Below are positions 52,400-64,000 of a stretch of DNA of 64,000 nt, piece by piece. Position numbers and translations under genes: made by a program. The notes below the pieces were generated by a model, which saw nothing but the letters and a program-made list of their open reading frames with translations, was not told where the DNA came from and did no database searches. Origin of the DNA: Escherichia coli (GTDB lineage: Bacteria > Pseudomonadota > Gammaproteobacteria > Enterobacterales > Enterobacteriaceae); assembly GCF_024298765.1 (NCBI RefSeq), contig NZ_CP101210.1; one strand, written 5' to 3'. The first letter of the stretch is position 1. Each line of letters opens with the position of its first letter.

Positions 52400-54050
52400 T
52401 CAATAACCCCCCTGTGTCAGCATAGTTGTCGCCTCAATTTTTTAAGGAGATAACAATGCCAGGACAACCAATACCAAATGAGCTCAAAGAAAAAGGACTG
52501 ATATGGCTTTTGCCACCATACTGTTGGTCACACCGTCAGATAGCCCGGAAGCTGAAGATCAGTGCCTCAGTTGTATCAAAATGGAGATGTGAGTTAGTGG
52601 AGCAAGGACTTTTACCTGAAAATGAAAAGATTACCTCCGTTGATGTTGAAGACTGGACACCGGAGCGTCGATTCTCAGTTGTTCTTGAGACGGCTACGCT
52701 GTCTGTCACGAACGGTGCAATAGTGGATCACTTTTCATCCGTCGTTGACACTGTCAGAAATGGAGCTTGCCGATTATTGCCGACGCATGGGATTGTTTGT
52801 TGAACAGGTTAAAGAATGGCGGGCTATCTCAATTCAGGCGCATGAAAAAAATTGACGGAAAATATTCGAACAGACAGGGCATTGCGTGACGCAAAAAATA
52901 AGTTACGAGAACTGGAGAAAGAGCTTAAGCGCAAAGATAAAGCTCTGGCGGAAGCTGCGGCCCTGCTTATATTAAGGGAAAAGTTCAATGCCCTCTGGGA
53001 CAACAGCGAGGAAGACTGCCCCCTCTCCTGGAGCGGCATAAAATTATTTCTCTTGTCCGTGAGGCCGTCGCCAACGGCGCCCGGAAAGGTCAGGCTTGTA
53101 GGTGTATCGGTATTTCTATTCGGACACTTCAGCGCTGGACTAATGGCAACATCATCACCACGGACCGAAGATCCGATACTGTAAACAGCTCTCCCCGAAA
53201 TAAGCTGTCAGAAGCGGAAAGATTGCGAATACTGGAGTTGTGCAACTCTCCAGAGTTTGCATCCTTGCCTCCAAATGTGATCGTACCAACTCTGGCAGAC
53301 AGAGGTATTTATATTGCTTCTGAATCAAGTTTTTATCGTGTACTGAAATCAGCCAAGCAGTTGAAGAAACGATCCCGTGAATGCCAGTATAAACTGGCCT
53401 GATGTACTCAGGGCCGTTGCACCGAATCAAGTCTGGAGTTGGGACATCAGCTATTTGCCGTCCTGGGTCAGAGGCCAGCATTTTTACCTCTATATGATCG
53501 TCGATATTTACAGTCGCAAAATTATTGCTGCTGAGGTATTTGCCAGCGAATCTGGAAAACATGCAGCAGAACTACTCCAGCGTGCAGTATGGAATGAAAA
53601 ATGTTCATCCAACAATCTGGTACTCCATTCTGATAACGGTGGTCCCATGCGCAGTGACACGTTGTTGGCGAAAATGTATGCGCTTGGTGTGCTAAGTTCT
53701 TATTCCCGGCCAAGAGTCAGTAATGATAATCCTTACTCAGAATCTTTGTTCCGGACTCTCAAATATTGTCCCTGGTGGCCTGAGAACGGTTTTCGCACTA
53801 TTGATGATGCCAGAGTATGGGTAAACCAGTTTTGTAAACTGGTACAACTTTGAACATAAGCACAGCGGGATCAAATACGTCACGCCAGCCGAGCGTCATC
53901 AAGGTAATGACATGAAAATACTGGCAGCCTGAAAAGCGGTATACCAGCTAGCTCGCGAGCAACATCCTGAACGTTGGGGCAAGTATCTACGTAACTGGAA
54001 CTACATATCAGAAGTCTACCTGAATCCAGAAAAAGAGGCTGCATAACGTA
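52400..54050 (+). mobile_element. Degenerate IS3-family insertion sequence (frameshifted orfA/orfB)
   Basis: OrfA-like HTH segment (52456-52803), leucine-zipper segment in another frame (LRELEKELKRKDKALAEAAALLILREKFNALW), and DDE-domain pieces (VWSWDISYLP...LHSDNGGPMRS...SNDNPYSESLFRTLKY) spread over three frames. Boundaries approximate. Confidence 0.7.
52456..53853 (+). pseudogene. IS3-family transposase orfAB, disrupted by frameshifts
   Basis: Transposase domains recognisable but distributed over three reading frames with internal stops. Confidence 0.65.
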
Positions 54051-54180
54051 ATTTTATTACAAAAAGCGACAACTACCTTGAAAAACACCGCCAAATCATG
54101 ATCGATTCGAATGCCAAACTGCGATCGATTCAGATGCCATTTTGCATGCTGCCAGAGCAATATTCCCCCTGATGGTTGTA

Positions 54181-54855
54181 TCAGAGATGGTATGCCGGTA
54201 CTTTGCGGGTTGTTCCTGTCAGGTTATCGTGCACCTCCACATTCGTTGTCACTACCGGCATTCCGTTCTGTCTTAGTCTCAGGACATCAGCCGCAATACG
54301 CTGACTGCCAGACCAGAACAGGCCGTCCAGCGCAGTCACCAGCAATCCCGCCTCCAGCGCATACTTCAGCCGTTCACGGGGCACTTTCACTTCCCGGGCA
54401 ATCTGCTGATAGGGTGATGATGTATTTTCATTCCCAACCATCCGGCGAATACGGTGAGACAGATGATACCGGAATGTATCCGGCACACCGGAAAGACTGG
54501 CCTTCAGGCTGTACACGCAGCCAAATCGCTTATCGTTGAACACCACATTTTTCTGGCTGATATCCCATTCTTCTCGAAGCGCAGCAATCAGCTGTGGCGT
54601 GCGGGTTAAAAGCAGACGAAAAGGCAGTTCAAAACTGGTGACGTAATCCACATTCAGCAGGGCAATACGCAGCCGTTCTTCTGGTCCGGCCTCTGTCTGC
54701 CGACACTCCTCCAGAACATCCTGCCACTGCTGGCAAAGGCGTGGAGATTCATTCAGTTCTGTAAAACAATATTTATCCGCAAGATAGTCAATTTGTGCAG
54801 GCATACTGAAGAGAATTCCGTATAAAGATTCAGCAGACAAAACTTTATCAGTCAA
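54181..54855 (-). CDS. Hypothetical protein (224 aa)
   Basis: Intact ORF between two IS elements; no motif recognised. Confidence 0.35.
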   Translation of the reverse strand: MTDKVLSAESLYGILFSMPAQIDYLADKYCFTELNESPRLCQQWQDVLEECRQTEAGPEERLRIALLNVDYVTSFELPFRLLLTRTPQLIAALREEWDISQKNVVFNDKRFGCVYSLKASLSGVPDTFRYHLSHRIRRMVGNENTSSPYQQIAREVKVPRERLKYALEAGLLVTALDGLFWSGSQRIAADVLRLRQNGMPVVTTNVEVHDNLTGTTRKVPAYHL

Positions 54856-54986
54856 TAAGAATCAACGGAAGCACAGAAGGTTCATACGTCCATCACCAAC
54901 TGATTGTTGTCATAACGGGTAACATAAAGGACTGAACGACTGTTTGAACCGCCCCGGGTTTCCTGGAGAGTGTTTTATCTGTGAAC

Positions 54987-57729
<2,743 letters not shown>

Positions 57730-58237
57730 CGTAAGTAAAATCAGCCACCCACAGCTGGTCAGGTCGTTCTGCCACGAACTGACGGTTTACGCGGTCGCCT
57801 GCGGCAACGGCTTTCCGGCTGATGGTCGTACGGACCTTTTTACCCCGGAGAACACCGGCAAGTCCCATAACCGCCATGAGACGTGCCACTGTACATCTGG
57901 CCACCCTGATTCCTTCCCGTAACAACTGACGCCAGACTTTACGCACACCGTACACCTGATGATTTTCATCGTATACGCGCTGTATCTCTCTCTTCAGCCA
58001 GTCGTCGTGCTGCGCACGGGCACTGCGTTTATCCGGATGATGTCGCTGTTGCTGACAATGGTAATACGTTGACGGGGCAATATGCAGTTCGCTGCATACC
58101 GGTCCGACCCCGTACTGCTCACGCAGCTTATCCAGCAGTGGCATCATTTTTCCAGAGGCGGTCGAACTCCGCCTTCGCAAAATAAGCGGAAGCCTGGCGA
58201 AGGATATCGTTACTGCGGCGCAGTTCACGATTTTCAC
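57730..58237 (-). CDS. IS3 transposase OrfB, 5' exon (upstream of intron)
   Basis: ...[73 protein letters not shown]...[10 protein letters not shown] then intron. Confidence 0.8.
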
Positions 58238-58469
58238 GTTCCAGCTCTTTCAGACGCTGACGTTCAGCGCTGGTGAGCCCACCATCACCGCCCCCGGTAT
58301 CCCGCTCATGCTGGCGAACCCAGACACGCAGAGTCTCCGGCGTACAGCCAATCTTTGGAGCAATGGAACAAATTGCCGCCCACTGTGAGTCATATTCATC
58401 CTGACTTTCCAGAACCATACGAATCGCCCGCTGACGGACTTCGGGGGAAAAACGAGTATTTTTAGTCAT
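58128..58469 (-). CDS. IS3 transposase OrfA
   Basis: [107 protein letters not shown]. Confidence 0.9.
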   Translation of the reverse strand: MTKNTRFSPEVRQRAIRMVLESQDEYDSQWAAICSIAPKIGCTPETLRVWVRQHERDTGGGDGGLTSAERQRLKELERENRELRRSNDILRQASAYFAKAEFDRLWKNDATAG

Positions 58470-58922
58470 CCTGTTTACCTCTTTCTCAGGGAGTTTAGTC
58501 TCCAGGATTTCCGGGGCGGTTCAAATACTGGGCGAAGGGAGATGTTATTGCGAAGCGCGCGCCAATTGGTCAGTGGGAACCTTATTCGGAAGAGTCACTA
58601 CTTGGCATCATCGTCACCAGCGTCTGTCGTATTAAAGTCGCGATGCTAAAACCTGAACCTCCCAGAGATCCCCATATCCCGCTGATGGGGGATTTTAACT
58701 AAAACTTAGCGCTATCGCTGCGTATCGTAACTATCCCGTATTACGTAGCGTAAATTATGACGCCATACGGGGAACAAATACACAGAGGAAGAAAAAGATT
58801 AGATTGGTTTTAAGGGATGTTTTTATCATAAATGGCACTGCTAAAATTATGAGATTATCGAAGATAAAATTCTTGATCATACATAAAAGGCCTCCTGAAT
58901 TAAATCAAGAGGCGTATAGTTT

Positions 58923-60041
58923 TTACATTACTGATGTATGTTTAATGATCTCACTGATTTTCACTTTCCTGTCCTGCGATCTTGAAAGAGTGGCAGCATC
59001 AGCAGTAGCAATCGCCGACATGGCCGCCTCACCATTGAGAAGGTCAATATAATCTTCTTCAGGTTTTGCACCACAGAGGATATTATGGAGGAATAACGTC
59101 TCCTTTCTTATTAAACTGGCAAGCCATAATGGTGTTTTTTTTCCTGGATGACCATATGCTATAGCGCCATCCATTTCTGAGGTCATATTGCCTTTCCGAC
59201 GATCATCATCTTCTTCTTGTGTTTCATGGACCAAAAAATGCTTTGTCTGACCGCCAATCCTAAGTGACCCTGCTGTTTCTTGCATATCAATTTTAATAGA
59301 GCCTTTAGTTCCATTGATGATGACATAATGTTCCGGCCAGTTAAATGCACTCCCCCACTCTAAGGTTGCTAGTTTTCCTGACGGGAATTCCAAGGTCATA
59401 AATAACATATCATCTTCATTGCCAAATCCTGGACCAGAATGGGCCAAATTTCCACCAATCATAGTAACCGTCTCTGGTATTTCTCCAAGTAAATGCTGAA
59501 CACAATCTAACTCATGTATATGATGATATAGATGTCCACCAGATTTTTCTTTCATCTTTTTCCAGGAAAGTCTCTCTTGTTTGTTTTCCCAGCCATTTCT
59601 CTTAGTATGACATGATAATATTTCGCCGATAACACCTTCTTTAATTAACTTCCGTGCATATTGAACCCCATTGAAAAAATTCATAATATGCCCGGCCATA
59701 AAGGTCACACCAGCTTCTTTACACGCTTTGACCATATCCACACAATCTTCATAACTTAATGCAATTGGTTTTTCACAAAAAACATGCTTCTTATTCTTTG
59801 CTGCTTTAATTACTGGTTCTTTATGCAGATAATTTGGGGTGGCTACGATCACGCAATCGACTAATTTACTTGAGACTAAAGCATCCAAGCTTGACATATT
59901 GATACACTGCAATTCACGGGCAATATTTTCTCCATTTTCAGGATCGTATACACATGTAATTTTTGCATTATCATGCATATTCATAAAACGAGCTAATTCA
60001 GCGCCAAAGTATCCAACACCAACAACGCCATAATTAATCAT
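58923..60041 (-). CDS. yjhC: Gfo/Idh/MocA-family NAD-dependent oxidoreductase (YjhC/NanY-like)
   Basis: MINYGVVGVGYFGAELARFMNMHDNAKITCVYDPENGENIAR... Rossmann N-terminus; paired with the upstream MFS transporter. Confidence 0.8.
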   Translation of the reverse strand: MINYGVVGVGYFGAELARFMNMHDNAKITCVYDPENGENIARELQCINMSSLDALVSSKLVDCVIVATPNYLHKEPVIKAAKNKKHVFCEKPIALSYEDCVDMVKACKEAGVTFMAGHIMNFFNGVQYARKLIKEGVIGEILSCHTKRNGWENKQERLSWKKMKEKSGGHLYHHIHELDCVQHLLGEIPETVTMIGGNLAHSGPGFGNEDDMLFMTLEFPSGKLATLEWGSAFNWPEHYVIINGTKGSIKIDMQETAGSLRIGGQTKHFLVHETQEEDDDRRKGNMTSEMDGAIAYGHPGKKTPLWLASLIRKETLFLHNILCGAKPEEDYIDLLNGEAAMSAIATADAATLSRSQDRKVKISEIIKHTSVM

Positions 60042-60052
60042 AAAGCCTCCAA

Positions 60053-61270
60053 TTATTTAGCCACGGATAGTTTATAAATTTTACCTGGAATATCAAAACC
60101 AACTAACAAAATTAATAAGGCAGAGAATGCAACCGTAACAATGAATAATGAAACACCTAAGCCATAATATCCTGAAATGTATGTAGCTAATACAGGTGCG
60201 GCCATTCCTCCAGTTGCCCCTAAGTTATAAATAAGACCGGTCCCTAATCCTCTTAATTTTGTTGGAAAGTAATCATATATAAATTTTGGAACCAACCCTG
60301 CAATACCTAAATTTGTAAACATTAATCCAAAGAGACATAATCCTATAAGAGAAGAGTTTTTCACAGAAATAAAAAAAAGAGGACAAAGGAAAACAAATGA
60401 AGTTATTAGACCGACTACAAAGGCTTTTTTTACACCAATCTTATCACCAACAAAACCAAAAAATATTGTACCTGTCAGTGTTCCTAAACCTGCTATTGTC
60501 ATCAGAGTTGAAATAACCACTGTATTAACTCCATTATCTGCCAGGTAGGAAGGAAGTAGTCCGTTTATCGGCCAGTTTGCACCAAATAGACAAAAACAGA
60601 CGAGGAAAACGATCATAGAGATTGAAAGATGTGGTTTTCTGAAGACAGACAAAAAAGTTGATTTATCCTTATATTTATCTTCAATCCACTCCTGACTTTC
60701 TGGAGCACTTTTTCTGATCCAAAGAACTAGTAAAACTGGTAACAGGCCTATAAAAAAAGAGTTTCTCCATCCATATACTTCAGCAAACTGAGGGATTATT
60801 TGTGCCGCAATAATATTTCCAACAGAAAAACCACTTACCAAAAAAGCACTAGCTTTAGATTGAAGATTTTTAGGCCAACTTTCTACCGCATAAGTTGAAG
60901 CACATGCATATTCACCAGACATCCCTAAGCCAACAATAAAACGGCAAACTGCGAGCATATATAAGTTTGTAGCAATACCGCTAAGGCCTGTTCCGACTGA
61001 GTAAATGATAATTGCCCACATCATCATTGGCTTACGACCATATTTATCAGCCATGGCACCAAAAAAACCACCTCCAATAGGTCTGGCTATGAAGGCCACT
61101 GTCCCTATTAAAGTAGCCTGAATATCCGTAATGCCAAGATCTGCTTTTATAATATGAAGAATGTAAAATATCATCATAAAATCAAAGCCATCAAATACAT
61201 ATCCAAGCCATGCGGAAAAAAGAGCTTTCCGTTGTGGTGGATTAACTTGTTTATACCATGCTGTTGCCAT
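60053..61270 (-). CDS. yjhB: MFS transporter (YjhB/NanX-like, sialic-acid-derivative uptake)
   Basis: 405 aa from MATAWYKQVNPPQRKALFSAWLGYVFDGFDFMMI...; 12-TM MFS pattern. Confidence 0.8.
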   Translation of the reverse strand: MATAWYKQVNPPQRKALFSAWLGYVFDGFDFMMIFYILHIIKADLGITDIQATLIGTVAFIARPIGGGFFGAMADKYGRKPMMMWAIIIYSVGTGLSGIATNLYMLAVCRFIVGLGMSGEYACASTYAVESWPKNLQSKASAFLVSGFSVGNIIAAQIIPQFAEVYGWRNSFFIGLLPVLLVLWIRKSAPESQEWIEDKYKDKSTFLSVFRKPHLSISMIVFLVCFCLFGANWPINGLLPSYLADNGVNTVVISTLMTIAGLGTLTGTIFFGFVGDKIGVKKAFVVGLITSFVFLCPLFFISVKNSSLIGLCLFGLMFTNLGIAGLVPKFIYDYFPTKLRGLGTGLIYNLGATGGMAAPVLATYISGYYGLGVSLFIVTVAFSALLILLVGFDIPGKIYKLSVAK

Positions 61271-61680
61271 ATTTGTTTCCTGTGTTATTCTAATATAGCC
61301 CTTAAAGTAAATATTAGGGAGCCTCAACAATATCCAGAAATAATTATATTGTCTTCAAATACGCCAGTACTATTGATGGTTATCAATACCTAATCAGTAC
61401 AATCTTTTCCTCCATTTCTTCTTAACATATTTCACTCTATGAAAGATAAAACTGATACCCACCTACAGTTTTGGGTCACCAACAAAAAACAATGTTCGCC
61501 AGATATTCCACCACTGGCACAGTTCAACCCTGCTTCAAAAATTGACTTATTCATTGTGCTCATTTTCGTAGTCCGTTCAGGTTGAATAAAACTCCCTTAG
61601 TCAAATGAGGAAAGACTGAGAGGTTATTACTTTAGCTTACGTTATAGCTGTTTTCCTTTGCAGTATTTCCTTGCTTTTCT

Positions 61681-61705
61681 GTATACCTTTATACCTGTTA
61701 TACCA
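61681..61705 (-). promoter_or_regulatory. NanR operator (Nan box, three GGTATA repeats)
   Basis: Minus strand reads TGGTATAACAGGTATAAAGGTATAC = GGTATA-N3-GGTATA-N2-GGTATA, upstream of yjhB. Confidence 0.65.
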
Positions 61706-62300
61706 GATCAAAAAACAAGCAATCCACATAACAAAACGCGTTTTGTTACTGATGTCACAAATTGAGCATATTTTTGTAGCTGATAGTTTGTTACAAACAC
61801 CAGAACCAAGATGCCTATTTCGTTTCAGCATCAACTGTTAAATTATCTGGTTGCCAACGAGAATACTGAGCTTTTTTGTCCCCAAGACTGACCGTCAACG
61901 CCACAATCTTTGACTGTTTGACATTGTCATGCCCGCAGGCCAGCGGATCTAAAGACATTAGACTGCTTGCATCAGCCAGTTGCGTATCTGGCTATGTCCC
62001 TTAATTGGTAAGGGTTCGAGGAACTCAACATTAACGCATTTTTCAGCGCATCACCGACAGTGTATATGAACGATTGCACTCTGACGATGGTTGATTTATT
62101 TGGTTGCGTAGGGGCTAGCTAGTCTGGTACCGGAGGCTGGATCTGAAGTACTGACCCCAGGAATAACGCCGGGCTGACTCATATTCTGACCCATTGTCAG
62201 CCCGCGTGTTTACTGCTCTAGCTCATTTCCTGTTGTCAGGCGTTCAATTCCCAACTGCAGGTTATGGCCCGGTGCACAAACACCTGACGGCAGGTATCAC

Positions 62301-62630
62301 TTACCCGAAGAAGGTAAAGCCCTCAAGAGGCAGTAACTCAGCCAACCTCTCCTCCGGCCACTCCGGCAGACGCGTCAGGACGTCCGTCAGCCAAGCATGT
62401 GGCTCCAGACTGCGGTTCCCAGAAGGCTCATTATCTGTGCCGCGCGGTTCCCGGCCATCAGTGAACCAGCGAACAACCAGGCCTTTCGTCCCATAACGAC
62501 CAGACGGATAGCACGCTCGCAGATATTGTTGTGTGTGCCTTGAAATGCACGATCTTTCCGTCGGTGAAAGTCCGCCCCGGCTAACTCTCGCTCCGACTGG
62601 AAGGACAAGAAGCGGTCCAGGAGGTAACAA
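62301..62630 (-). pseudogene. IS66-family transposase C-terminal fragment (frameshifted)
   Basis: Two overlapping frames carry ...NNICERAIRLVVMGRKAWLFAGSLMAGNRAAQIMSLL... and ...HAWLTDVLTRLPEWPEERLAELLP..., matching the conserved C-terminus of IS66 TnpC as I recall it. Confidence 0.5.
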
Positions 62631-63098
62631 AAGGGCTGAATCTCTCCCTGAAACGACTTCTTCAGGAAGTCAACGGGTTATGCGGGCCGTAATGTGAGTG
62701 AACACTGAGCAGCCATCGAAATGCCGTCGAGGGTGCTGACACGCCACAATAACGGGGAAGGCCGACGATGACCGGGAAGAGAGTGAGAAAGGCATCGGTC
62801 ATACCCACCGGGGTTGTGGTGTCAGCATGCATAACAATTGATCGATCGTGCAACAAGAGAAGTCCATAACGATGTCTGTCCGGGTGACGGGCAACAACGC
62901 CTCGCGAGGGGGTGAATCGGTTGTTATGGATGGCAGATGGGGTGTAGTAGTGAAAATACTGAGTAATGTCAGAGGAGCGAAGGCCCCCTCTTGCAGTACC
63001 AGTGTAACATGCAGGAAGAGCCCGGGGATTGCCATCAGCCTCACAACCCCGCTCGAACCGGTTCAGAACCTACAGAAAACACTACAGGAGAAAGCAAA

Positions 63099-64000
63099 GT
63101 GAACCGCCCCGTGTTTCCTGTTTATCATTTTCTGGTCAGTGCCGCGATTCTGGTATTCGTGGTGATTTTCTGGCGGACACACCATCGCGACCACCGTAAC
63201 TGGCTGGCTCTACGGCTATTCGTATTATGCTCTGTAAACCGTTGGCCATTGCGGATGGTTAAAGGAACAGTTGTGGGGACAACTGACACATTACGTGAAA
63301 TGCAGCGTTATGAACAACTGAGTCAGCACGGGGCTGACAACTGGAAAATCCAGCCGGGAGCACCGTTATATGATACGATTGTTATTGTCACTGGTGAGAA
63401 TGTGCGCAGGGATTATATGTCAGTGTATGGCTATCTCGTACCAACCACACCGTGGCTGAATACGGCACCCGGTTTATTTATTGACGATTATACCTTGACA
63501 GCCTCCAGTACAGTGTCTTCCCTGAGCCGGACACTGATTTATGACTATGAGCAGAACCCTGATTCCGGCAACAATGTGGTGGCGCTGGCAGCAAAAGCAG
63601 GATACAGCACATGGTGGATATCCAATCAAGGAAAACTGGGGGAGCATGACACACGCATCTCTGTTATTGCTTCTGATGCGGAGCATGCCACTTTCCTCAA
63701 GAAAGGCAGCTTCGCTTCCCGTAAAACAGATGACAAACTGTTGTTACAGGAAACAGAACGTGCGCTGGCGGATACATCCTCTCCGAAGATAATTTTCCTG
63801 CACATGATGGGTTCTCATCCAAATCCGTGTGACAGCCTTAACTCCTGGCCGAATAATTACCTGGAGCAGTATCCCCGAAAAATTGCCTGTTACCTCGCCA
63901 GCATCAGTAAACTGGATAACTTTCTTGGCCAGCTTGATGGTATCCTTCGCCGGTACTCACATCATTTCGCCATGCTTTACTTTTCTGGCCTTGGGCTGTC
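63099..64000 (+). CDS. Sulfatase/phosphoethanolamine-transferase-family protein (YjgX-like), partial; continues past window end
   Basis: Frame from GTG 63099 open to the window end (MNRPVFPVYHFLVSAAILVFVVIFW...DTIVIVTGENVRRDYMSVYGY...KIIFLHMMGSHPNPCDSLNSWP...); only one N-terminal TM, so probably N-terminally truncated relative to EptA-type enzymes. Absent from ORF track because no stop lies in the window. Confidence 0.5.
   Translation, partial: MNRPVFPVYHFLVSAAILVFVVIFWRTHHRDHRNWLALRLFVLCSVNRWPLRMVKGTVVGTTDTLREMQRYEQLSQHGADNWKIQPGAPLYDTIVIVTGENVRRDYMSVYGYLVPTTPWLNTAPGLFIDDYTLTASSTVSSLSRTLIYDYEQNPDSGNNVVALAAKAGYSTWWISNQGKLGEHDTRISVIASDAEHATFLKKGSFASRKTDDKLLLQETERALADTSSPKIIFLHMMGSHPNPCDSLNSWPNNYLEQYPRKIACYLASISKLDNFLGQLDGILRRYSHHFAMLYFSGLGL

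Noticed and set aside
63541-63792. 83-aa plus-strand ORF
   Set aside because: Out-of-frame overlap with the longer open frame from 63099 that carries sulfatase-family motifs.

Overview
Enterobacterial (Escherichia coli-like) chromosome segment, 64 kb. Left ~28.6 kb is conserved backbone: a partial acyl-AMP ligase-like gene, yghO, glcC, the glycolate operon glcDEFGB plus glcA, the SslE/YghJ lipoprotein metalloprotease, pppA, and a complete type II secretion cluster (yghG pilotin, gspC to gspM). At 28650-28668 there is a 19-nt copy of the tRNA-Phe 3' end with no tRNA body, which I read as the distal attachment-site repeat of a tRNA-Phe-integrated genomic island that runs to the window end. The island is mosaic: (i) a CP4-like prophage-remnant module on the minus strand with parDE and cbtA/cbeA toxin-antitoxin pairs, yeeT, radC-like yeeS, an antirestriction gene, DUF932, a WYL regulator and a GTPase; (ii) an AT-rich orphan ORF and a 1.5 kb ORF-less tract; (iii) IS1; (iv) a defense module: RelB/DinJ-like gene, then hsdM-hsdS-hsdR followed without a gap by two uncharacterised genes (a 4-TM membrane protein and a 280-aa soluble protein), then a RhuM-family gene; (v) a degenerate IS3-family element, an IS3 copy split by a group II intron, yjhC/yjhB-like genes with a NanR operator, an IS66 fragment and a truncated phosphoethanolamine-transferase-like gene. 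The most interesting candidate is the two-gene membrane+soluble module translationally coupled to hsdR (49147-50543), which has a Kiwa-like architecture but could not be confirmed without a profile search. All calls rest on reading the supplied ORF translations and the sequence by eye; no database search was run.
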